22,748 nucleotides of DNA from Pseudomonadota bacterium (GTDB lineage: Bacteria > Bdellovibrionota > FAC87 > UBA2466). Below, in pieces: positions 15,615 through 22,748 of this stretch (position 1 is the stretch's first letter; the number at the start of each line of letters is the position of its first letter). A program made the position numbers and the translations under genes. A model generated the notes under the pieces. It was not told the origin of the DNA, did no database searches, and was given only the letters and a program-made list of their open reading frames with translations. Location of the stretch: the NCBI GenBank assembly GCA_043767805.1, contig JAYUGC010000166.1, forward strand, positions 1-22,748, read 5' to 3'.

Positions 15615-16816
15615 TTTTTCGGATTCCCAAGTTTCTGAACGAGGAGGGAATGCATCCGGGCCTGGAGCCCGAAGTGCTTCACCATGCCGGTGCTCTCCCT
15701 CTGATCGAAGCTCGTGGTGTCGAAGGACGCGAGCTCCTCATTGTAGAGAGCCCAGGCGCTCGAGCGCCCGATGACTTTGGCCGAGCCCTTGAAAAGCTTG
15801 AGCCGCACTTTACCGGTAACTCGACTCTGCGTGCTCGCGATGAAGGCTTCGAGGTCGTTTTTGAGCGGGTCGAACCACAGGCCTTGGTAGGCAAGGGTGC
15901 TCCACTCGGCGTCGACCATGGCTTTGAAACGGAGCTCGTCCCGGGTCAGGACCAGGCCTTCGAGAGCCCGGTGCGCGACTAGGAGGAGGGTCGCCGCGGG
16001 GCACTCGTAGTTCTCGCGAACCTTGAGGCCGAGCAGACGGTCTTCCATGATGTCGATACGCCCGATGCCGTTCGCGCCGGCCAAGGTATTCAAGCTCTGA
16101 ATGAGGCTCGCGGGAGAGCTCTTGTCCCCGTTGATGCTGACGGGCAAGCCGTCCTCGAACTCCAAGGCGACTTCCGTGGGTTTCGCCGCCGCGTTCTCCG
16201 GAGACTTGGTCCACTGGAAGATATCTTCCGGCGGGCTGTAGTCGGGATCCTCGAGCTGGCCGCCCTCGATGGACCGGCCCCAAAGGTTCTCGTCGACGCT
16301 CCAGATTTTCTCGAGGCTTTGCTGGATGGGCACGTTCTTGGCTTTCGCGTACTCGATTTCCCAGCTGCGGGTCATGTTCCGCTCTCGGACGGGGGCGTGG
16401 ATGACGGCATCGGGCATGAGCGAGCGAATGGCGAACTCGATGCGGAACTGGTCGTTTCCTTTACCCGTACAACCGTGGGCGAAGTCTTTCACTCCGAGCC
16501 GGTTGGCCATCTCGACGGCTTTGGCGCCGATGAGGGGGCGGGCGATGGAGGTGCTGATGGGATAGCCCTGGTAGTCGCCGTTCGCTTGGAGAGACTTGAA
16601 GCAAAAATCCTTCGCGAACTCTTCTTTCGCGTCGACCGTATAATGTTCGGTTTTGAGAATGGCGGCTTTTTCTTTCGCCTGGAGAAGGTCGGCTTGAGGC
16701 TGACCGAGGTCGATGGTGACGGTGATGACTCGCTCGTAGCCGTACTCTTCCCGCATGAGGGGAATGCAAATCGAAGTATCCAGACCGCCCGAGTAAACCA
16801 AAAGAACCGATTTCAT
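15611..16816 (-). CDS. argG: Argininosuccinate synthase
   Basis: YSGGLDTS, ARPLI, AHGCTGKGNDQ, SVDENLWGRSIEGG. AAGGAG SD upstream; 4-nt overlap with argH. Confidence 0.97.
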   Translation of the reverse strand: MKSVLLVYSGGLDTSICIPLMREEYGYERVITVTIDLGQPQADLLQAKEKAAILKTEHYTVDAKEEFAKDFCFKSLQANGDYQGYPISTSIARPLIGAKAVEMANRLGVKDFAHGCTGKGNDQFRIEFAIRSLMPDAVIHAPVRERNMTRSWEIEYAKAKNVPIQQSLEKIWSVDENLWGRSIEGGQLEDPDYSPPEDIFQWTKSPENAAAKPTEVALEFEDGLPVSINGDKSSPASLIQSLNTLAGANGIGRIDIMEDRLLGLKVRENYECPAATLLLVAHRALEGLVLTRDELRFKAMVDAEWSTLAYQGLWFDPLKNDLEAFIASTQSRVTGKVRLKLFKGSAKVIGRSSAWALYNEELASFDTTSFDQRESTGMVKHFGLQARMHSLLVQKLGNPKK

Positions 16817-16888
16817 CTTTCTCTCTCCTTTATATAGGGCCCGGAAAATTAAACTGGGCTAATTTTCGCCCCTTTTCCATAAACCCAG

Positions 16889-16906
16889 TATGCATATCTA
16901 TGCATA
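16889..16906. promoter_or_regulatory. ARG box (ArgR operator), argG side
   Basis: TATGCATATCTATGCATA, an 18-bp palindrome matching the TG(A/C)AT-N4-AT(T/G)CA ArgR consensus, in the divergent argG/argC region with argR in the cluster. Confidence 0.8.
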
Positions 16907-16951
16907 AAAAACCAATAGCGCAATGAGAAATCGCTTGGTTACGCATGAAAA

Positions 16952-16990
16952 ATCGGTTAATAATGCATATAGCATGCATAATTATTCACC
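16952..16990. promoter_or_regulatory. Tandem ARG boxes at the argC start
   Basis: Strong box CATGCATAATTATTCACC (16973-16990), preceded at 3-bp spacing by a degenerate box ATCGGTTAATAATGCATA (16952-16969). Confidence 0.72.
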
Positions 16991-18098
16991 TGAAATCGTC
17001 TCTCAAAAAGTGGGTGTGGTCGGCGGAAGCGGCTACGCTGGTCTCGAACTGGTTCGTCTTTTACAGAAGCACTCGCACGCTCAGATTCGCGCGTGCTTCT
17101 CTTCGAACCCGGAGTTCACCTTTGGTGACTTCCTTCCCACGCAAGGCGCTCAGGGCCTTCCGGTCATCGACGTAAAGCAAATCGATGCCTGGCTCCCGGA
17201 GCTGCACACGGTATTTCTCGCGACTCCCGCGGAAGTGTCGCTTACGCTCGCGCCGAAGATTCTCGCGGCCGGCGCGAACGTGATCGACTTGAGTGGCGCG
17301 TTTCGCCTTCAAGTGGGCAACGCCGAGGAAAAGGTGAAGGCCTATGAAACTTGGTACGGTTTGAAGCACCCGTGCCCGGAGCTCTTGGATAAAGCGGAGT
17401 ACGGTCTTTTGCCTTGGCTCGATGCCGGGACGTCTGGCCTTCGCGGAACGGCGTCCGTGAGCCCGCGTCTCATTGCGAACCCTGGCTGCTACGCGACCAG
17501 CGTGCTCATGGCGATCTTGCCTTTACTCCGTCGTAATTTGGTCAAGCCCGATAGTCTCGTCATCGATTCGAAGTCGGGCGCTTCGGGCGGAGGCCGTAAG
17601 GCGTCCGAGAACTTGCTGTTCACGGAAGTGGAGGGCGAGTGCCTTCCTTATAAGGTAGGGCGCCACCAGCATTTGCCGGAAATCAAAAATTTCGCGGCGG
17701 CGTTCTCTGGTCAAGCGATCGATCCCATGTTCACGACCCATCTGCTTTGCATCCGGCGAGGAATCATCTCCGCCATCTATGCAAAGCTTGCGGACGGCGT
17801 GACGGAGAACGACCTCGCGGTCGCCTTCGCCCAGGACTACTCGGACTACGGTCTCGTGCAGTGGAGCTCCCTCAACGGGCGCAATGCGCGGTCGACTGCG
17901 TACGAGCTCTCCTTAAAGCGAGTGGTTGGCACGGCGCTTACCCGCGTGCACTTCCAAGTGGACGGCGATCGGGTCTATCTCTTTTCGCTCATCGACAATC
18001 TTATAAAAGGCGCGGCCGGTCAGGCCGTCGAGAACTTCAATCGTTTGCTCGGACTTCCCGCGAAAGCGGGCTTAAGCGAACTGGAGGGAGTGCTATGA
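16974..18098 (+). CDS. argC: N-acetyl-gamma-glutamyl-phosphate reductase
   Basis: VGVVGGSGYAG, VIDLSGAFRL, IANPGCYAT, SGASGGG, HQHLPEI, IDNLIKGAAGQA. Start placed at ATG 16974 rather than 16923, which lies in the regulatory region. Confidence 0.95.
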   Translation: MHNYSPEIVSQKVGVVGGSGYAGLELVRLLQKHSHAQIRACFSSNPEFTFGDFLPTQGAQGLPVIDVKQIDAWLPELHTVFLATPAEVSLTLAPKILAAGANVIDLSGAFRLQVGNAEEKVKAYETWYGLKHPCPELLDKAEYGLLPWLDAGTSGLRGTASVSPRLIANPGCYATSVLMAILPLLRRNLVKPDSLVIDSKSGASGGGRKASENLLFTEVEGECLPYKVGRHQHLPEIKNFAAAFSGQAIDPMFTTHLLCIRRGIISAIYAKLADGVTENDLAVAFAQDYSDYGLVQWSSLNGRNARSTAYELSLKRVVGTALTRVHFQVDGDRVYLFSLIDNLIKGAAGQAVENFNRLLGLPAKAGLSELEGVL

Positions 18099-19291
18099 CG
18101 TTCGGCCCTGGAATCAGTCGTACCGTTCTGCCTAAAGGGTTTTCCGCGGGTGGCATAAATAGCGGCGTGCGCCGTTATCGGCCGGACCTCGGTATTTTGC
18201 TCTCGGACCGCGACGCGGTTGCGGCGGGCGTGTACACGAGAAACGAGTGCCAAGCGGCGAGCGTGCTCTATTGCAAGTCGCTCACCCCCAGCTCGAAAAT
18301 CCGCGCGTTGGTCACCAATAGCGGGCAGGCGAATGCGGCGACCGGGCCGGAAGGCGTCTTGACGAACTTGAAGATGGCGTCCGCCGTCGCGGAGCAGATT
18401 GGTTGCGAGTCGAACCAAGTGCTCACGGCGTCCACGGGTGTCATCGGCGTCGCCATGGAGATCGACAAGATCGTCCGCAGCGTGCCGGAGCTCGTCAACC
18501 GCGCGAGCGGCTTCGCCGAGCCTTTCGCGCTGGCGATTTTGACGACGGACCTCATCCCGAAGACGGTCTCCACCACGGTGGAACTGTCTCAGGGATCGAT
18601 CTGCATCACGGGCATCGCGAAAGGGTCGGGCATGATTCATCCGAACATGGCCACCATGCTGGGCTATTTGCTCACCGATGCGAATCTCGATGCGTCCTTG
18701 GCGCAGGAGCTTCTCTCGGAAGCGACGGACCAGACCTTCAACATGATTAGCGTCGACGGCGATACTTCAACGAACGATGCGGTCTTTCTTCTCGCCAACG
18801 GCGCGTCCCAGGTGGGCCTCGCTACAGTGGAAGATCGGGCGCTGTTCAGAAAGAGCCTCATCCAGATCGCGCAGGAGCTCGCGAAAGCGATCGCCCGCGA
18901 CGGCGAAGGCTCGACGAAGCTCATCGAAGTGGAGCTGCAAGGCGTTCCTTCCCTGGAGCTTGCGCGTAAGGCGGCTCGGGGAATCACCGTGAGCCCGCTC
19001 ATTAAATCGGCGGTGCACGGCGAAGATCCCAACTGGGGCCGCATTCTCGCGCGTCTCGGCGCGGAAGGCGTTCCGGCGGCGGTTCTCGAGAAGCTCGATC
19101 TCTCCATTCAAGGGGTGCAGGTCATGGCCGCTGGACGGCCGGTGCCTTTCGATCGGGAAGAGGCGAGAAAGTTGCTCAAGCAGGAGACCGTTCACATTCT
19201 CATTCAACTCAAGTCGGGCACCGCGAATGCTAAAGCCTGGGGGTGCGACCTTTCGGCGAAGTATGTCGCCATTAACGCGGAGTACTCGTAA
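18095..19291 (+). CDS. argJ: Ornithine acetyltransferase (possibly bifunctional with N-acetylglutamate synthase activity)
   Basis: ATGA overlap with argC and GGAGG SD. PKGF, NSGQANAATG, STGVIG, KGSGMIHPNMATML (autocleavage Thr), DGDTSTND, RDGEG, DPNWGR and INAEY. Confidence 0.96.
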   Translation: MTFGPGISRTVLPKGFSAGGINSGVRRYRPDLGILLSDRDAVAAGVYTRNECQAASVLYCKSLTPSSKIRALVTNSGQANAATGPEGVLTNLKMASAVAEQIGCESNQVLTASTGVIGVAMEIDKIVRSVPELVNRASGFAEPFALAILTTDLIPKTVSTTVELSQGSICITGIAKGSGMIHPNMATMLGYLLTDANLDASLAQELLSEATDQTFNMISVDGDTSTNDAVFLLANGASQVGLATVEDRALFRKSLIQIAQELAKAIARDGEGSTKLIEVELQGVPSLELARKAARGITVSPLIKSAVHGEDPNWGRILARLGAEGVPAAVLEKLDLSIQGVQVMAAGRPVPFDREEARKLLKQETVHILIQLKSGTANAKAWGCDLSAKYVAINAEYS

Positions 19292-20161
19292 ATGATGACG
19301 TCCCTCGATTCCGTGCTCACGACGCTGTCTTACGTAAAGAAGCTCTCGGGCTCGACCATTCTGGTGAAGCTCGGCGGCGCGGCGCTCCAGGATCTGGAAG
19401 GCTGCGACACGCTTTTCGAAGATTTCGCGGTCCTGCGTTCGGTGGGCGTTTCGGTCGTGGCCGTTCACGGCGGTGGCCCCATGATTAACGCGGAATTGAC
19501 CAAGCGCGGGATCACCTGGGAGTTCATCGACGGGCAGCGCGTGACCACGCCTGAGGTGATGGAAGTCATCGAGACCGTTTTGGGCGGCACCATCAATCGC
19601 AAAATCGTGCGCGCCCTGAATCTCGCGGGTATTCCTGCCGTGGGCTTGAGCGGGGTCGAGGCGAAAACGCTCTCGTGCCGTCCGGCCGCGGTGAAGCTCG
19701 GGCAGGTGGGCGTCATTCAAGACGTGGATACGTCCATCATCAATTCCATCCTTCACGCGAAAACCAAGGACGGCTGGGGAGCGGTGCCCGTCATCGCGCC
19801 CATCGGCATCGGCGTGGATAAAGATACGTTCAACATCAACGCGGACTGGGCGGCGAGCCGTATCGCGCAGAGTCTCGGCATTCAGAAGATGATCTTTTTG
19901 ACCGACCAGAACGGCATCTTGAACGAGGAAGGCAAAGTCATCCCCGAGCTCGATGCGAGTGAGCTCGAGATGCTCATTCAGTCCGGGACCGTGTCGGGCG
20001 GCATGCTCGTGAAAACGCGCACCATTCTGGATGCGCTTAAAAACGGCGTTTCCGCCGTGCACGTCATCGATGGCAAACGTCCTCATGCTCTCGTGGAAGA
20101 GCTCTTTACCGAAACGGGTGCGGGCACCGTGTGCCGGCTCCGATCGCGGGGAGGTCTGTAA
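19292..20161 (+). CDS. argB: Acetylglutamate kinase
   Basis: VKLGG, VHGGGPMI, GQRVT, NINAD, LTDQNG, GGMLVK, ELFTETGAGT. Confidence 0.96.
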   Translation: MMTSLDSVLTTLSYVKKLSGSTILVKLGGAALQDLEGCDTLFEDFAVLRSVGVSVVAVHGGGPMINAELTKRGITWEFIDGQRVTTPEVMEVIETVLGGTINRKIVRALNLAGIPAVGLSGVEAKTLSCRPAAVKLGQVGVIQDVDTSIINSILHAKTKDGWGAVPVIAPIGIGVDKDTFNINADWAASRIAQSLGIQKMIFLTDQNGILNEEGKVIPELDASELEMLIQSGTVSGGMLVKTRTILDALKNGVSAVHVIDGKRPHALVEELFTETGAGTVCRLRSRGGL

Positions 20162-21084
20162 TGACGACGCATTTTCTGACTGGAACCGAATTAAATCCCG
20201 TGGACATGAGAGGTCTTTTGGATCTCGCGGAACAGCTGCGTACGGAGCGTAATCAGGGCGCGACGCGCCGGGATCTCGCGGGCAAAAGCCTCGTGCTCCT
20301 TTTCGAAAAGCCGTCCTTGCGCACCCACATCAGCTTCACCATCGCGATGGAAGAGCTGGGCGGGTCGGTCATCGACAGCTTCTCCTTCAATCGCAAAAAA
20401 GAAGAGCCGGAAGACGTGGGCCGGGTGCTTGCGGGCTATTGCCACGCGATCATGCTGCGCACTCACGAGCACGCGGTGCTGGAGCGAATGGCCGCCAAGA
20501 CGCGTATTCCCATCATCAACGGGCTTTCGGATACCCATCATCCCTGTCAGGTGATGGCGGATATTTTGACGCTCCGGCAATACTTCAAATCGGTCGAAGG
20601 CCTGAAGCTTTGCTACGTCGGAGACGGCAACAACATCCTGCATAGCCTTTTGCTTCTAGCCCCGGTACTCGGCATTCACGTGAGCTACGCTTGCCCGAAG
20701 GGGTATCAGCCGAACGCGCTCGTGCTTCGTCAGGCGCGCGGTATCGCGAAAGAGTACGGCGGTAAAATCACGGCGGCGTTGTCGCCAGAAAGCGCGGCGA
20801 AAGATGCGCACGCGATTTATACCGACGTGTGGACCAGCATGGGCTTTGAGAAGGAAGAGGGCGAGCGCGAGGAAGCGTTCCGCGGTTATCAGGTGAACAA
20901 GGAGCTCTATGCGCTCGCTTCGCCCGACGCCATCATCATGCATTGCCTTCCCATGGTTCGCGGCCAGGAAATCACGGACGATATGGCGGAACACCCGAAC
21001 TCGGTACTCTTTCGCCAGAGCGAGAACCGGCTACACGTGCAGAAGGCCCTTCTTCTGCAACTGCTCGGCGGTCGTCCCGCATGA
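20161..21084 (+). CDS. argF: Ornithine carbamoyltransferase
   Basis: ATG 20161 overlaps the argB TAA. FEKPSLRT, INGLSDTHHPCQ, GDGNN, YTDVWTSMG, HCLP and QSENRLHVQKA. Confidence 0.95.
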   Translation: MTTHFLTGTELNPVDMRGLLDLAEQLRTERNQGATRRDLAGKSLVLLFEKPSLRTHISFTIAMEELGGSVIDSFSFNRKKEEPEDVGRVLAGYCHAIMLRTHEHAVLERMAAKTRIPIINGLSDTHHPCQVMADILTLRQYFKSVEGLKLCYVGDGNNILHSLLLLAPVLGIHVSYACPKGYQPNALVLRQARGIAKEYGGKITAALSPESAAKDAHAIYTDVWTSMGFEKEEGEREEAFRGYQVNKELYALASPDAIIMHCLPMVRGQEITDDMAEHPNSVLFRQSENRLHVQKALLLQLLGGRPA

Positions 21085-21539
21085 TTCGCGACGCGAAAGC
21101 ACGGCTCGAAGCTCTGCGGAAGCTCCTCACGGACGGGGAACTGAGCACTCAAGAGGAGCTTTGCGCGAAACTCGAGAAGCTCGATTTCGCGACGACCCAA
21201 TCGACGGTGTCTCGGGATTTGAGAAAGCTCGGCGCCATCAAGATTGTACAGACCGACGGCGAGACCAACTACCGTTTGCCCGAGGAAGAGCCGAGCCGAT
21301 TGCCCGCGAGCCTTTCGGATCTAGTCCGCTCCATCGAAAATAACGGCTCTATCATCGTCATCCGGACGGCGGTGGGCTCAGCGCCCTTGATCGCGCGCCA
21401 TCTCGACCGGCTTACGCCGGGTGGGATTTTGGGCACCATCGCGGGAGACGACACGATTTTCGTGGCGCCCGCGAGCCGCGAGCCCAAGGAAATCAAAGCC
21501 ACGGTCCGCGAGATCGAAGACTCCTTCGGCGTTTCTTAA
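21081..21539 (+). CDS. argR: Arginine repressor
   Basis: ATGA overlap with argF. TQEEL, TQSTVSRDL and GTIAGDDT; 152 aa. Confidence 0.95.
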   Translation: MIRDAKARLEALRKLLTDGELSTQEELCAKLEKLDFATTQSTVSRDLRKLGAIKIVQTDGETNYRLPEEEPSRLPASLSDLVRSIENNGSIIVIRTAVGSAPLIARHLDRLTPGGILGTIAGDDTIFVAPASREPKEIKATVREIEDSFGVS

Positions 21540-21559
21540 AAGGTAGGCCGCTTTTAAGA
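21534..21559. repeat. Inverted repeat TCTTAAAAG-N8-CTTTTAAGA, copy 2 (possible bidirectional terminator or recombination site)
   Basis: Perfect 9-bp arms at 21534-21542 and 21551-21559, filling the gap between the convergent argR and 21560-21982 stop codons. Confidence 0.7.
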
Positions 21560-21982
21560 TTAGTGCATCGGAACGGGCGGTTCCGATTCTTGCGCGACCT
21601 CGCCGGCCTCGCTCGCGCCTTCCTGCTTCTCGAGCGCCTTCAAGGCCGCGAGGCAGATTGTGAGCGGCGCCGTTTCGCCGACGGCCGCACCACCCGCCAC
21701 GAAATCCGCGGTCTGGAGATATTTGAGAAGTTCAGCCGGGCTCGTCCAGCCGCGCACGGGCCCGACTAAACCGAACCATTGTTCGTTCTCGATGGGAATG
21801 AGCGTGATGCCCATCTTGCGTACGATTTCCCAAGCGGCCGAGATATCGGTGGAGTAGGCCCGAAGCGGTCTGACTTGACCGGCTTTGGTGCGCTCTTTTA
21901 TCGCGCCCTTACGCTGCCCCACTATGGTGTGACCCAGTACCCGTTCCGCTACCCACGCGTCCAACTCTCTGCCTTGCTTCAT
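21560..21982 (-). CDS. Small hypothetical protein resembling the phage ABA-sandwich (BC1872-like) family
   Basis: Pattern ELDAWVAERVLG ... YSTDISAAWEIV ... APLTICLAALKA, recognised from memory of that family; not verified by search. Confidence 0.6.
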   Translation of the reverse strand: MKQGRELDAWVAERVLGHTIVGQRKGAIKERTKAGQVRPLRAYSTDISAAWEIVRKMGITLIPIENEQWFGLVGPVRGWTSPAELLKYLQTADFVAGGAAVGETAPLTICLAALKALEKQEGASEAGEVAQESEPPVPMH

Positions 21983-22028
21983 CCGTATTTTTTATTGCGG
22001 TGCACTTTTCTAGGCAAGCGGCGGCGCA

Positions 22029-22748
22029 TCAAGGAGCGAGGGAGATTTCGTACGTCTCGGGGCTCTCGGTGGGGGGAGCGGGCAAGAAGAGGAACTCGCG
22101 GCGGGGGAGGGTAAAGCTCGTCCCCGAATCGACGGCCTTCACCGTGACTGTCCGGCCCGGTCGCACGAGATGCACCACGAGGTAAGAGGTCGGGTGGGCC
22201 CGCGCGGTAACCTGGAAGCTACCTTCGTTATCGTAAACATAGTCGGGTAGGCGTCCCGCCCGGGTAGCGACGGCGAGGGAGCGCCGCGGATCGAAGCCGA
22301 ACTTGCCGCGTTTGGCGACCCGGTAGACGTAGAACTCGGGATTGCCATCGACCCAGATGGGATCGAAGGGCTCCAGGACCTCGATCCTCGGCTTGTTCGC
22401 GTCGAGCTTGAAGACGGTCGGATTTTTGCCATCGGCTTGAAGCAAGGCGTTCTGGGCGTATCCGCCTTGGCCAAACCCGCCCAAGCCTACGAGCCTTTCC
22501 GAATAGAGCGGGATCTCATAGTCCTGCAAGGACGCTTCGTAGAAGATGAGATCGTCCGCAGACGTGAGCTTTTTCAGCGAGAAAGCGGGAGCGAGACGCG
22601 GTCTAAAATCGAAGTAGAACGGCTCGTAATCAGTTAGCGCGTTCTTCATTCGCCAGGCCAACAGCACTCCCATGAAGGAAAGACAAAGCATCGCGTGGCG
22701 CTTCGGGAGAGAAAAAAGCGTCGTCATTCCGATGGCGGCGAGCACGAG
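22029..22748 (-). CDS. C-terminal part of a hypothetical membrane-anchored protein (5' end outside window)
   Basis: The frame is open to the window edge. One or two hydrophobic segments are followed by a soluble domain; no recognisable motif. Confidence 0.6.
   Translation of the reverse strand, partial: LVLAAIGMTTLFSLPKRHAMLCLSFMGVLLAWRMKNALTDYEPFYFDFRPRLAPAFSLKKLTSADDLIFYEASLQDYEIPLYSERLVGLGGFGQGGYAQNALLQADGKNPTVFKLDANKPRIEVLEPFDPIWVDGNPEFYVYRVAKRGKFGFDPRRSLAVATRAGRLPDYVYDNEGSFQVTARAHPTSYLVVHLVRPGRTVTVKAVDSGTSFTLPRREFLFLPAPPTESPETYEISLAP

Noticed and set aside
17747..18094. Long N-terminal extensions of ArgJ (from 17747), ArgR (20943), ArgF (20131), barrel (5191), PPTase (594) and kinase (6308)
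   Set aside because: They overlap upstream genes or promoter DNA. Downstream starts have SD sequences or stop/start overlaps and give more plausible N-termini.
18767..20086. 439-aa minus-strand ORF, and similar long antisense ORFs (1952-3037, 6533-7696, 10235-10972)
   Set aside because: They lie antisense to well-supported genes and show no motifs; they are expected shadows of GC-rich codon bias.
20311..20325. SLRT instead of STRT in ArgF, suggesting an acetyl- or succinyl-ornithine transcarbamylase
   Set aside because: The ornithine-binding D-x-x-x-SMG and HCLP motifs are intact, and argJ supplies free ornithine; an ordinary OTCase is more likely.
13033..21539. Absence of argA, argE and carAB as a sign of an incomplete pathway
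   Set aside because: ArgJ can replace ArgE and often ArgA, and carAB is commonly encoded elsewhere; this is not unusual.
1..22748. CRISPR arrays, tRNA/rRNA genes, transposases or integrases
   Set aside because: None seen. The window is almost fully coding with short intergenic gaps and no regularly spaced repeats.

Overview
A GC-rich, gene-dense bacterial window, probably from a diderm (it has a likely outer-membrane beta-barrel); taxonomy cannot be fixed from sequence alone. Block 1 (1-6282) is a candidate poly-amino-acid locus. A divergent secreted C39 cysteine peptidase (partial, absent from the ORF track) and a good sigma54 promoter precede a tightly packed operon. The operon has a C-terminally truncated Sfp-type PPTase, a Pls/PosA-like single-module membrane NRPS whose A-domain pocket suggests a basic diamino acid, and a translationally coupled putative outer-membrane barrel with a strongly polyacidic N-terminal arm. 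Block 2 (6404-8587) is an orphan multi-TM GAF histidine kinase. Block 3 (8639-21539) covers nitrogen and arginine metabolism: gltB without gltD, argG-argH-rocD-like on the minus strand and argCJBF-argR on the plus strand, with ARG boxes between the two arms. This block is bracketed by two copies of the same TCTTAAAAG-N8/11-CTTTTAAGA element. Its ArgG resembles euryarchaeal enzymes, and its OAT-type aminotransferase has the Tyr-to-Ile specificity change consistent with filling the ArgD role. The window ends with a small phage ABA-sandwich-like gene and a partial membrane-associated gene. All calls come from manual motif reading; no searches were run.
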